Made by a program: the position numbers and the translations under genes
Part shown: positions 1-8,301 of the stretch, in pieces
Numbering within the stretch: position 1 is the stretch's first letter
Layout of the letters: the number at the start of each line of letters is the position of its first letter
The notes under the pieces: generated by a model
What the model saw: only the letters and a program-made list of their open reading frames with translations
Database searches by the model: none
Told to the model about the DNA's origin: nothing
Virus record (IMG/VR): IMGVR_UViG_3300021963_008171
Span: 10,995-74,994 of that record
Direction: 5' to 3' (one strand)
Length of the DNA: 64,000 bases
Origin: a virus
Taxonomy: Duplodnaviria > Heunggongvirae > Uroviricota > Caudoviricetes

Positions 1-146
1 CAAAGATATACGATAGACTTCCTGTTCATATAAAAAATAGAGTAATCAAGGAAATATCAGAGAGAAAGAAGGATCCAGAGGCATTTGAAAGATCTGTTCA
101 GAATGTTTCGGATCTAATGCAATCTGGCATATTTGATGATATATAA
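1..146 (+). CDS. 3' end of an ORF that starts upstream of the window; function unknown
   Basis: Frame 3 is open from the window edge to TAA 144-146 (...DLMQSGIFDDI*). It is co-oriented with the downstream genes. Confidence 0.4.
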   Translation, partial: KIYDRLPVHIKNRVIKEISERKKDPEAFERSVQNVSDLMQSGIFDDI

Positions 147-148
147 AT
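138..148 (+). promoter_or_regulatory. GATATATAAAT motif (candidate phage-specific promoter core)
   Basis: Exact 11-mer 2 nt before ATG 151. The same or near-identical motif recurs before many genes and before two RNA genes. Confidence 0.4.
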
Positions 149-150
149 CA

Positions 151-777
151 ATGAAATATCTAAAGAATTTTAAATCCTTATTTGAAAGTGATGATCCTGG
201 ACATTCCGCCAGGGATATCTTTGATATCTGGGAGGTCTACAAGGTACGAGGACCCGGAATAGGCCACACCAGCGAAGAATACTTGAAAAAAATAGATTGG
301 GAGATGGGAGATCATCTAGACACTCCCGACCATCATGTTAAGGTGTATTCAGCAGATGGGTTTCATGAAGACGGCACGGAATTTCAAGCAGAGTATATGG
401 TAATAGATGACAACATTACAGAACTGGATTTGGATAATTTAGAAATTGTTAATTCCGAACGTTTCGAGCAAACGATCTATGATAAAATAGAATCTGATGG
501 ACATATTGTTAAACGCGCAAAAAACTTCAACACGTTAGAGACCTCTGCAGAATGGGACGATATTATTGGGATGTTTAAAAAAGCTTCTGATAATGGATCA
601 AGAACAGATGGAAAAATAACCATCGATGATAAAGAATACGAAACGGACCTAATTCTGTCTTGGGGTATTGTTAAATTGAAAGACGATAAAAAGGAATATT
701 GGTGGAACCCTAATACGAAAATATTATACATTAAATCCAAGCAGGGAGAGGAAATTTGGGCAATCTACAATCGTTGA
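151..777 (+). CDS. hypothetical protein with the recurrent N-terminal motif (MKYLKNFKSLFE)
   Basis: ATG 151 is in frame with track ORF 133..777 and lies directly after the motif. 208 codons. Confidence 0.6.
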   Translation: MKYLKNFKSLFESDDPGHSARDIFDIWEVYKVRGPGIGHTSEEYLKKIDWEMGDHLDTPDHHVKVYSADGFHEDGTEFQAEYMVIDDNITELDLDNLEIVNSERFEQTIYDKIESDGHIVKRAKNFNTLETSAEWDDIIGMFKKASDNGSRTDGKITIDDKEYETDLILSWGIVKLKDDKKEYWWNPNTKILYIKSKQGEEIWAIYNR

Positions 778-965
778 TTCTCTATCAAATTACTTATCTC
801 TAACATCTTGGATTCATCCATAACAATTTCCTCGTTATCGTCAAAGGCATCTATCGAAAAATGTCCTGAATAAAAATCCTCGGTTAACATAACGGTGTAT
901 GAATTGCCATCATCAGTGGTAACATTATAGGTTAGATCTGTTTGCATTAATAATACTGTTGCCAT
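765..965 (-). CDS. small acidic hypothetical protein
   Basis: 66-codon ATG ORF immediately downstream of the minus-strand terminator 973-1002. A 13-nt convergent overlap with 151..777 lowers confidence. Confidence 0.35.
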   Translation of the reverse strand: MATVLLMQTDLTYNVTTDDGNSYTVMLTEDFYSGHFSIDAFDDNEEIVMDESKMLEISNLIENQRL

Positions 966-972
966 AGTTCAT

Positions 973-1002
973 AAAAAAAGCGACTGGATATCCAATCGCT
1001 TT
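973..1002 (-). terminator. rho-independent terminator (minus strand)
   Basis: AAAGCGA (977-983) pairs with TCGCTTT (996-1002). Read on the minus strand, the stem is followed by a run of T (A973-A979 on plus). It sits right after the stop of 1025..1312. Confidence 0.65.
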
Positions 1003-1024
1003 ATTTCATTTTAGTAGATTTCCA

Positions 1025-1312
1025 CTACTTTTTAGCTTTTTTAGCTTTAGTTGTTTCAGCCTTCGCCGGTGCCTTTTTAGCAGCTGGTTTTTTTGCTGGT
1101 GCTTTTTTGGTAGCTGGTTTTTTAGCAGCCGGTTTTACCTTTTCGATAACAGCTGGTGCTGCTTCTACTGATACAACGGGTTCTTCTGCCTTTACCTCTA
1201 CAACAGGATCAGCTTTAACTGGCTCAGCCTCTTGGTTTTTTGGTTTTTTGCTAATCTTTGTGTAAGCAAAATAAGCTCCCAAAACTAAAATCGCTAGAAA
1301 TAATACTTGCAT
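1025..1312 (-). CDS. membrane-anchored Lys/Ala/Pro-rich protein (histone-H1/AlgP-like KKPAAKKAPAKK repeats)
   Basis: N-terminal hydrophobic helix MQVLFLAILVLGAYFAY. The C-terminal tail reads AAKKPATKKAPAKKPAAKKAPAKAETTKAKKAKK. Confidence 0.65.
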   Translation of the reverse strand: MQVLFLAILVLGAYFAYTKISKKPKNQEAEPVKADPVVEVKAEEPVVSVEAAPAVIEKVKPAAKKPATKKAPAKKPAAKKAPAKAETTKAKKAKK

Positions 1313-1327
1313 ATTTTTGGTTATTTG

Positions 1328-1338
1328 ATTTATATATC
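1328..1338 (-). promoter_or_regulatory. GATATATAAAT motif on the minus strand
   Basis: Plus-strand ATTTATATATC is the reverse complement of GATATATAAAT, 15 nt upstream of the minus-strand ATG at 1312. Confidence 0.4.
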
Positions 1339-1419
1339 ACTTAATTCTTTCGTTTTTGCATTTTTAATGGGGTCCTGAATCTTTTCAATACATTTGTGAT
1401 AGAATGAAAAAACATTTTT

Positions 1420-2100
1420 ATGAAGATAAAACACCCACTTGTTAAGGGAAAGGTTGAAATGATAAAACCGTTCATTTATTGTGTGGAGGTAAAGGATGAC
1501 TATGATAGAGCAATGCTTTTTTGTAGATACCAAGAATTTTACGAATCTCCTTATAAAAACATCAGGGGTAAGTATTTTAGCTGGGAAACATTTATGAGAA
1601 CATATACAAAAGAAAGGTTATCCGATTTCTTTACGTATCCTTTTGATTGGTCTGGTTATAATATACCATCTAATGTTTTAGAAAAAGGCATAGATACCTT
1701 TTATAAACAGAGCGAGTATGATAAGATAATGAGTGACATTTACTTTTATTGCTCAATAGATTCTCAAAATAAAAACAAAGGGACAAGAACAAAGTGGTAT
1801 TTAATAGGAGCTGATTCTAAAAAATCACAAACTATGAATCACGAAATAGCACATGGACTTTATTATACCAATAAAGAATATAAAAAAAGAATGGATCGGA
1901 TAATATCCGATATGAAGAAATCCAATTTTAAATTTATGAAAAAAGCATTAGTTAAAATGGGATATGCTGATGACGATAAAATTATATTTGATGAGATACA
2001 GGCATTTATGTCAACTGGTTTATATAAAACACTCGATAATGAAGATACAAGATCCTATCAGGACAGCTTCAAGGAGGTCTATAACGAATTTAATATATAA
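1420..2100 (+). CDS. hypothetical protein with an HExxH motif (NHEIAHGLYY); possible metallopeptidase-like fold
   Basis: 226-codon ORF. A single HEIAH motif is the only recognisable feature. Confidence 0.5.
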   Translation: MKIKHPLVKGKVEMIKPFIYCVEVKDDYDRAMLFCRYQEFYESPYKNIRGKYFSWETFMRTYTKERLSDFFTYPFDWSGYNIPSNVLEKGIDTFYKQSEYDKIMSDIYFYCSIDSQNKNKGTRTKWYLIGADSKKSQTMNHEIAHGLYYTNKEYKKRMDRIISDMKKSNFKFMKKALVKMGYADDDKIIFDEIQAFMSTGLYKTLDNEDTRSYQDSFKEVYNEFNI

Positions 2101-2103
2101 GGA

Positions 2104-2322
2104 ATGATCCCAAACAAAGAATATCTAGATCAGATAGCAAAAAAATTAGATTCGTTTAATAAGATAAACGGTGTTGATCCAGGAATGCGCAGGGATTTAT
2201 ACAACGATAACTTTGATTTTATGGATCATGCAGGAAAGGCTGCGATTGAATACATGAACAGGAGAAAAGAAGAACCCCAAAATTTTATAGATCCTCTATT
2301 CACGGATCACAATAAATACTAA
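2104..2322 (+). CDS. hypothetical protein
   Basis: 72 codons. The ATG is 3 nt after the previous stop, and the ORF is co-oriented. Confidence 0.5.
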   Translation: MIPNKEYLDQIAKKLDSFNKINGVDPGMRRDLYNDNFDFMDHAGKAAIEYMNRRKEEPQNFIDPLFTDHNKY

Positions 2323-2324
2323 TT

Positions 2325-2531
2325 ATGGATTTAAAAAAACTAGATCAAAAAACATTAAAAAAAGGCATAGCTGATAAGGGATGGAACATTCATCTACCAA
2401 ATCCATTAAAGCCTCAAGAAACCGTTTGGATTCATCAGGATCAAACCGGAATAGACACAAGGCAATACGTTAGAATAATACACTCAGAACCTAATGTTGT
2501 CTCAGTTTTTAGTAAAAGATATTTTGAATAA
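2325..2531 (+). CDS. hypothetical protein
   Basis: 68 codons. The ATG is 2 nt after the previous stop. Confidence 0.5.
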   Translation: MDLKKLDQKTLKKGIADKGWNIHLPNPLKPQETVWIHQDQTGIDTRQYVRIIHSEPNVVSVFSKRYFE

Positions 2532-2544
2532 AAATATATAGAGC

Positions 2545-2994
2545 ATGGGATATGAAATTAAGTTAATAGCAGGGGAGATAGGGGCAACTAAGACCTTTAT
2601 TGAGATTGCAAGCGTGGATCTATCCAAGATAGGAAACGGTCCATTAGCTAAGCTCGTTGCATATTCTAAAGGTAAGGAAACACCAGATTTTAGTGATTGG
2701 AAATTTTTAAAGGACGTCAAAGGGTCACATCTAGGAATAGATCCATCCGCCTCTGAGATATTTGACATTGGAATGAATTATAACAACGTTGAGATTTGGG
2801 ACGGTGATGAAAAAATAGGCGAAGATCTTTATGGAGATCCGCTCCCGGCAATCCCGGTTAAGCAGGTACTCGCTGCACTTCATGAGGAATTAAAATCTGA
2901 AAGATATAGAAGATTTGAACTTGCAAAACAGCTTCTCGAAGAACTCTCTACATCCAAATGGGATAACATTTTCGTAGTTCCCTACGGTCACTAG
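2545..2994 (+). CDS. hypothetical protein
   Basis: 149 codons. Preceded by AAAAATATATAGAGC; the identical 18-mer AAAAATATATAGAGCATG also precedes the gene at 29196. Confidence 0.55.
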   Translation: MGYEIKLIAGEIGATKTFIEIASVDLSKIGNGPLAKLVAYSKGKETPDFSDWKFLKDVKGSHLGIDPSASEIFDIGMNYNNVEIWDGDEKIGEDLYGDPLPAIPVKQVLAALHEELKSERYRRFELAKQLLEELSTSKWDNIFVVPYGH

Positions 2995-3035
2995 AAATTT
3001 TGCAAACGGGGAATATATAGAAAAAAACCCCGATT

Positions 3036-3164
3036 ATGGCAAAGGCAAAAGGAGCATCAAGCAGCCAAAAAATTACTTTTGGTAAAAGAAGAAACGGCAA
3101 GGCTAAGAAAACCCACAATAAACACGACCGCAAGGAAAGAAACTACAGAGGTCAAGGCAGATAG
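3036..3164 (+). CDS. very basic 42-aa protein (MAKAKGASSSQKITFGKRRNGKAKKTHNKHDRKERNYRGQGR)
   Basis: Not in the track (shorter than 60 aa). ATG 3036 lies 15 nt after GAATATATAG (3011-3020), and the ORF is co-oriented with its neighbours. It competes with the TTG-started antisense track ORF 2948..3133. Confidence 0.4.
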   Translation: MAKAKGASSSQKITFGKRRNGKAKKTHNKHDRKERNYRGQGR

Positions 3165-3218
3165 TCTCATTTTAGTTTTACGTAAAATAGTATTACCTTT
3201 ATATTCAAAAATAAAGGT

Positions 3219-3632
3219 ATGAATAAAACGTTGACTATAGTTAGGGGTTTACCCGGATCTGGTAAATCTACATTTGCAAATTTTATCTGGAATGATTACG
3301 CTATTTGTGAGGCTGATAAGTTCTTCTATGATAGCGAGGGACATTATCTTTTTGATCCATCTAAGCTAAAGGAAGCTCACAAGTGGTGCCAGGAAGAAGT
3401 TGAGAAAAGAATGCAGGAGAATCAAAACAATCCCCAATATTATCCAGAAATAGTTGTTTCTAATACATTCACACAGGAATGGGAAATGCAAGCATATTTC
3501 GATCTAGCAAAGAAGTACGATTACAAAGTATTTTCGATAATAGTTGAGAATAGGCACGGAAACACTAATATACACGGGGTACCTGACGATACACTCAAAA
3601 AAATGAGGGACCGATTTCACATATCATTATAA
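3219..3632 (+). CDS. P-loop kinase (AAA_33 / polynucleotide-kinase-like family)
   Basis: Walker A motif GLPGSGKST at the N-terminus, then VVSNTFTQEWEM and a C-terminal HGVPDDTLKKMRDRF, typical of small phage ATP-binding kinases. Confidence 0.7.
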   Translation: MNKTLTIVRGLPGSGKSTFANFIWNDYAICEADKFFYDSEGHYLFDPSKLKEAHKWCQEEVEKRMQENQNNPQYYPEIVVSNTFTQEWEMQAYFDLAKKYDYKVFSIIVENRHGNTNIHGVPDDTLKKMRDRFHISL

Positions 3633-3679
3633 ATTAATATTTAATATTTTTATCAGGGGGGATTTTTGTCTTTCAGTCG

Positions 3680-3710
3680 GATATATAAACTGAAAAAATC
3701 CTCATTCCGT
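3680..3710 (+). promoter_or_regulatory. leader box copy 1: GATATATAAAC-TGAAAAAATCCTCATTCCGT
   Basis: Near-identical to 11676-11707. It starts a 168-nt untranslated leader ahead of envelope module I. A strong hairpin (3748-3755 pairing with 3783-3790, plus an inner AGGG/CCCT pair) follows. Confidence 0.5.
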
Positions 3711-3791
3711 GAAAAAAGATACGACCTTTTTACACGAAGATAGTTACAGTCTTTCAGGACAGGGAAACACGAAGCCCTATCAGAAAGACTT

Positions 3792-3799
3792 TATATTTG
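3792..3799 (+). promoter_or_regulatory. TATATTTG = Bacteroidetes-type TAnnTTTG -7 box
   Basis: Exact match to the TAnnTTTG consensus, 47 nt upstream of ATG 3847. Confidence 0.4.
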
Positions 3800-3822
3800 T
3801 CCCTCTCCTGGGATAGTGTGGA

Positions 3823-3847
3823 TTTTTTCCAATTTAATTGGAAAAAA
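3823..3847 (+). promoter_or_regulatory. perfect 12-nt inverted repeat abutting the start codon
   Basis: TTTTTTCCAATT (3823-3834), then T, then AATTGGAAAAAA (3836-3847). The last A is the A of ATG 3847. Confidence 0.4.
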
Positions 3848-4353
3848 TGACAAAGACACTTAAAATCCTATTTATAGCAATTTTTGCTATGGCATTTTCC
3901 TTTCAATCTTTCGGACAAGGAAAATCTGTTCTCATAGGGGAAATCACTAACAAAATTCAAATTGGAAATCTAGCAGGATCTAGGCCATTAACTTTTGGCT
4001 TTAGAAATCTATTGGAGGAATACCTTCAAGAAAACGATTTTGACATCGTAGAAGACGAGACTAAATTTGATTACAAGGTCAACATAGATCTTCTTTTCTT
4101 TGATGTTGAGACCACAAAGTCTAGCGTTGCAATATTCCACAAAAACAATGCAGAGACAGTACTAAAAATAAAGGCATATCTTTTAGATAATAAGGGGAAG
4201 AAAATAAAAGAATGTTTAATAACAGAAAAAGCTTCCGAGATTTCAACATCAACTTTAATAGTTGACGAGGGCGGAAAAATGAATCAACAATCGGTTTCTA
4301 CAGTTATTAAAAAGGTGTGCGGAACAGCAATAAAACAATTATTAACACAATGA
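3847..4353 (+). CDS. secreted short CsgG-like protein
   Basis: Signal peptide MTKTLKILFIAIFAMAFSFQSFGQ. The blocks FGFRNLLEEYLQENDFDIVE, DYKVNIDLLFFDVE and VLKIKAYLLDNKGKKIKE align by eye with CsgG-family blocks and with the paralog at 13503. Confidence 0.5.
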   Translation: MTKTLKILFIAIFAMAFSFQSFGQGKSVLIGEITNKIQIGNLAGSRPLTFGFRNLLEEYLQENDFDIVEDETKFDYKVNIDLLFFDVETTKSSVAIFHKNNAETVLKIKAYLLDNKGKKIKECLITEKASEISTSTLIVDEGGKMNQQSVSTVIKKVCGTAIKQLLTQ

Positions 4354-6005
4354 AAAAACTAATTTTATTATCAGTATTTTTTCTCCTGTTTGGATTCTCA
4401 GGATTTGCACAATTGACGATTAGTCAATCCCTAACACCTACCTCGGGTTTAAAGGTTGGTGACACGATTACAGTTAGATATAATTTAACGAAAGGAACAG
4501 TGATTAAGAATCCTCGTTATCTTTGGTTTAGATATCAGTTTAACAACAAAGCTCTGACTTATGTTTCAACTGCTTTCAATCAAGGATCATCTTCTCAAAC
4601 ATTCTATACAGGTTGGAGCAATTATAAGTTTACGCCAAACGGCGGAGCAAGTGACAATGATCTGGATGTCCAGTATGGTTTAACCCCTTGGAACTACGCA
4701 GTTAATTCTGATTGGAATGTTGGTCAATTAGCGGTTCAAAGAGCAGACCAATCTATTAATGGGTTAATCGCAACACAAAAGTACATTTTGAAGGATCAAA
4801 ATACCTACAACAATATCTTTAAAATAGATTTAGCATCAGGTACGGATACAACAGGTGCAAATGTTGGAACTATTTACGGCGGGGGTTGGTCTTCTATATC
4901 CGGTGTAACTGGTAACACTTCACAATTCAAGGTGAAAGTACTATTCCCTCAGGGATATGCAATCTCTGACCATAATGTTCAATTAATGAAATTAAAATCA
5001 GACGGTAGCGGAGATATCGATTGGTCACAACAGCCTATTGCTCAATTACCTCTAGATGCTACTGGAGAGGCTCTTTTCACAACGCAGGTTAAAGTTGGTG
5101 ATAGCGTTGGTGTGTTTGTATCACCAGCATCCCAAAAATCTTGGATGAATAATGTGATCACGGTTTCTGATGCTTATAAGGCATTTTTAGGACACACACA
5201 AACTGATATCGGCGGAACTGCAAACTTTTTCACTTATCCAGTTTTGGAGAAAAAGGTAGGAAATGTTACTAAAAACGATGCAACGTTTAACGAAGCGGAT
5301 TCTTATAATTTATTCGCTTATGTAATGGGACAAGACGTGTCAGCAAACGCATTCATTCCTACAAGCACTGTGACATCTTGGAGATGGTATAGCGGTTTAT
5401 TAAATCAAAGTTGGTTAGACGGAGTTATTAAGAATAGGGTATTAATTGATACACCTATCAAAGAGGTTTATGCTGTATATGCTTGGGGAGGTGATTTAAA
5501 CTGGTCTCACTCATCAGATCCTGCAGTGATTGCAAGTAGAATATCAGCTGGACAGTATACGAATTCTGTAAATTCAATTCAGACAAACTCTGTTAAATCA
5601 ATGAGTAGTGTTTCCATGGCTTACAGAACAGAAGCAGTTGAAACTGCTAAGCTAAGCGTAACATCAACTTTAGAAAATGGCAAGGTTATTTTAACAACAA
5701 CTTTAACTAAAGCAGAACTAGCAGGTTTACAAGTTGTTATGAACTATGACGAAAGCAAATTAACATTGGATAACGTGGTGTTCGATGCAGGTTCTACTAT
5801 AACGAACTTCTCAACCCACGATGGTGGTAGATTAACATTTGGTTCTATAGATCAATTAAAAACAGCAAGAATTAAAACTGGTACACCTTATAAATTAATC
5901 TTCACACCAAAGGTAGCATTATCAAACACTGCGGGATTATTCTACTTTGTACTATCAGACGCAGTTGACGGCAAAGGAAATAAAATCGACCTAATAGTTG
6001 AATAA
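4350..6005 (+). CDS. secreted protein with a C-terminal cohesin-like module
   Basis: ATG 4350 forms an ATGA overlap with the previous stop. Signal peptide MKKLILLSVFFLLFGFSGFAQ. The C-terminus LQVVMNYDESKLTLDNVVFDAGS...YKLIFTPK parallels the C-terminus of the next protein. Confidence 0.65.
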   Translation: MKKLILLSVFFLLFGFSGFAQLTISQSLTPTSGLKVGDTITVRYNLTKGTVIKNPRYLWFRYQFNNKALTYVSTAFNQGSSSQTFYTGWSNYKFTPNGGASDNDLDVQYGLTPWNYAVNSDWNVGQLAVQRADQSINGLIATQKYILKDQNTYNNIFKIDLASGTDTTGANVGTIYGGGWSSISGVTGNTSQFKVKVLFPQGYAISDHNVQLMKLKSDGSGDIDWSQQPIAQLPLDATGEALFTTQVKVGDSVGVFVSPASQKSWMNNVITVSDAYKAFLGHTQTDIGGTANFFTYPVLEKKVGNVTKNDATFNEADSYNLFAYVMGQDVSANAFIPTSTVTSWRWYSGLLNQSWLDGVIKNRVLIDTPIKEVYAVYAWGGDLNWSHSSDPAVIASRISAGQYTNSVNSIQTNSVKSMSSVSMAYRTEAVETAKLSVTSTLENGKVILTTTLTKAELAGLQVVMNYDESKLTLDNVVFDAGSTITNFSTHDGGRLTFGSIDQLKTARIKTGTPYKLIFTPKVALSNTAGLFYFVLSDAVDGKGNKIDLIVE

Positions 6006-6006
6006 T

Positions 6007-8301
6007 ATGAGATTTTTATTATTTATATTATTTTCTCTAATATCATTTTTAGGGTTCGGACAGAGTGTATCTGCTCCGGACTCTAAATCGTTTATACCAT
6101 CCACAACCGGCCAAGATGGGAGTGGATTCCAATTAAGTGGATTTAGTGCAACATCTACTTTATTAGCATCAATCAGTTTAATCAATCCATCAACAAATAC
6201 TACATTTTACCTTAACGATACACGAGGATTAATTGCCGCAAGTGGATTTACTTTAACGGGTAATAAAACTCGTTTAGTGGTATTGGGAACAATGTCAGAT
6301 ATTAATACTGCATTGGTATCTTTAAAAGTTAATACAGGTTCTGTAGTTGGTAATGTTCAATTATCGGTAGCGGCAACTGTAAACCCTGTTGGATTCTTTT
6401 ACAATGGAGTTAATGGACATTTTTACAAACCCATAACCGCAACCAATGAAAGAACTTCATACACACTTGCAAGAAGTAGGTCATTGCTAACTACATTCAA
6501 AGGACAGACAGGCTATTTGGTAACAATAACATCGGCTTCCGAAGATGCATTTATATTCGCAAATGTTCCTGCAACTAATGTATGGTTTGCTGCAACAGAT
6601 GAAATAAAAGATGGAACTTGGGTAATTGATGCTGGTCCTGAAAAAGGTACTGTGATGAAAACCTCAAATGGACAAACTAATGGAAACATTCCTGGCGTAT
6701 ATAACAACTGGGCACAAGGTGAACCAAATGGTAGTAATGGTAGTGAGAACTATGCAGTGGCAAAGTGGAATGGTGCTGCAAATTGGAACGATTTATCAAA
6801 CAATTGGAGTAATCCTTATGTAATTGAATACGGAACTTGGACTAACCCTGATGATGCAACATTTACTGAATTCTATACTAATAGTGTAACTCACTCAAAT
6901 GGGGAAGTATTGAGAGCAGCATTCAATGTTGATTTCGGAACTAATGTAGATGAAACAAAATTTTCAGCAAAAGCAAATACGTATGTAAATAATTTATGGG
7001 GTACAACAACTAACACATCAAGATCAATTAGTGGATTAGGTAAAGTAGATGTTACAAATGATTTGGATACTGTAAAGATTCAAAACGGAGGATACGTGGG
7101 TTCAATAGTAGGAGGGCAGGTAGAATGGTCTTATGTTAATTTTTATAACGGAGCAACCACACTTTACATTGACATGAGAAAGTTTGGTGCGATCGGTGCA
7201 AATTCTGTATCACACATTACACTCTTAGATGTATACAGTGGACCTGTTACCTTTTTAGGAAATGATGCAACCTGGGCAAGATATACGATACCCTCGACCC
7301 TTCCGAAAGTAACAAACGGAACGTCAACAAATTCACAATATATTCGCAACGCTGGATACGGAGATTATGCATTTATGTGTGAGATTTCATTTGAACTTAA
7401 TCGTGAATATAAACAACACGGAATAGAATTATCGTATACTAATCAAACAGATTTGAACACCCTGTATAATAGTATCGTTACTGTATCTGATGTGTTTATA
7501 GCATTTAAAGAATTATCAAATGGCGGGATATTTGGGGATCAAAGCGGATTGGAATTTACCAACGGTATTCAATTTATGAACGCAGATGTGGACGGTAATG
7601 GATTATTCAATGAATCCGACACGTATAAATTATTACAGCACCTAACTGGAGTTCAGCCATTAACACAAAATCCATTATTAACATTCTTGATGAAGCTTTA
7701 TAGCAAATCTGATTATGATGCAATTACAAAATCAAATTGGAACACAAGATTTAATTCTACGAGAAGTCTATTTCCATTTAGTTTAAATACGGGTACCCTT
7801 AATAACACATACAATGTGAACGTAACCTGGATAGGTGACGTAAACCTTTCTCATTCGGCACAACAAACTGCAAGCGGTGTTGCAACCAATTCATATAGAA
7901 GCATGAGCCTAATGACTAATACAACCACTAATGAAATAAATGCATCAATCATGGGTGAAAATGTTGGAGGTAAGGTTATAGTAACGATATCAGTAGACCC
8001 ATTACAGCAAGAATTAGTAGGAACCCAATTCCAGTTGAATTATGATAATACCTCGTTGGAATTTCAAAAAGTAGATTTTATAACAAAAGGTAATCCAACA
8101 AATTTTGGAACAGATAAAGGATCTTATATCACATTGGGATCATTAATCACTGATGGATCAACAATATTAGACAAAACAACAGAATATAAAATAACATTCG
8201 TACCAAAAATTGGATTAACTGGAACATTAGGGTTAACTTCTGTTTCAGCAACAGATGCTGTTAATAAAGCAGGAACTCAATTAAAAGTAAAATTAAACTA
8301 A
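6007..8301 (+). CDS. secreted multidomain protein: C-type lectin, dockerin-like EF-hand repeat and cohesin-like C-terminus
   Basis: Signal peptide MRFLLFILFSLISFLGFGQ. C-type lectin signature GHFY...YLVTITSASEDAFI...WFAATD...WAQGEPNGSNGSENYAV...WNDLS...YVIEYG. Dockerin-like MNADVDGNGLFNESDTYKLLQHLTG. C-terminus FQLNYDNTSLEFQKVDF...YKITFVPK. Confidence 0.75.
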   Translation: MRFLLFILFSLISFLGFGQSVSAPDSKSFIPSTTGQDGSGFQLSGFSATSTLLASISLINPSTNTTFYLNDTRGLIAASGFTLTGNKTRLVVLGTMSDINTALVSLKVNTGSVVGNVQLSVAATVNPVGFFYNGVNGHFYKPITATNERTSYTLARSRSLLTTFKGQTGYLVTITSASEDAFIFANVPATNVWFAATDEIKDGTWVIDAGPEKGTVMKTSNGQTNGNIPGVYNNWAQGEPNGSNGSENYAVAKWNGAANWNDLSNNWSNPYVIEYGTWTNPDDATFTEFYTNSVTHSNGEVLRAAFNVDFGTNVDETKFSAKANTYVNNLWGTTTNTSRSISGLGKVDVTNDLDTVKIQNGGYVGSIVGGQVEWSYVNFYNGATTLYIDMRKFGAIGANSVSHITLLDVYSGPVTFLGNDATWARYTIPSTLPKVTNGTSTNSQYIRNAGYGDYAFMCEISFELNREYKQHGIELSYTNQTDLNTLYNSIVTVSDVFIAFKELSNGGIFGDQSGLEFTNGIQFMNADVDGNGLFNESDTYKLLQHLTGVQPLTQNPLLTFLMKLYSKSDYDAITKSNWNTRFNSTRSLFPFSLNTGTLNNTYNVNVTWIGDVNLSHSAQQTASGVATNSYRSMSLMTNTTTNEINASIMGENVGGKVIVTISVDPLQQELVGTQFQLNYDNTSLEFQKVDFITKGNPTNFGTDKGSYITLGSLITDGSTILDKTTEYKITFVPKIGLTGTLGLTSVSATDAVNKAGTQLKVKLN

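Noticed and set aside
1330-1533. Track ORF 1330..1533 (-)
   Set aside because: It overlaps the 5' end of 1420..2100 and the divergent promoter region, and it has no supporting features.
2948-3133. Track ORF 2948..3133 (-), a 61-aa hydrophobic protein
   Set aside because: It starts at TTG, is antisense to every neighbouring gene, and its Phe/Leu-rich composition is explained as the complement of the Lys-rich plus-strand ORF 3036..3164.
4317-4349. The upstream extension of the 4317..6005 track ORF, and the TTG or upstream starts of 133, 3838, 5998, 17938, 18739, 20526, 48051, 53843 and 58174
   Set aside because: In each case an in-frame ATG a few codons downstream gives a clean signal peptide or conserved N-terminus, plus the ATGA/TAATG-type junction typical of this genome.
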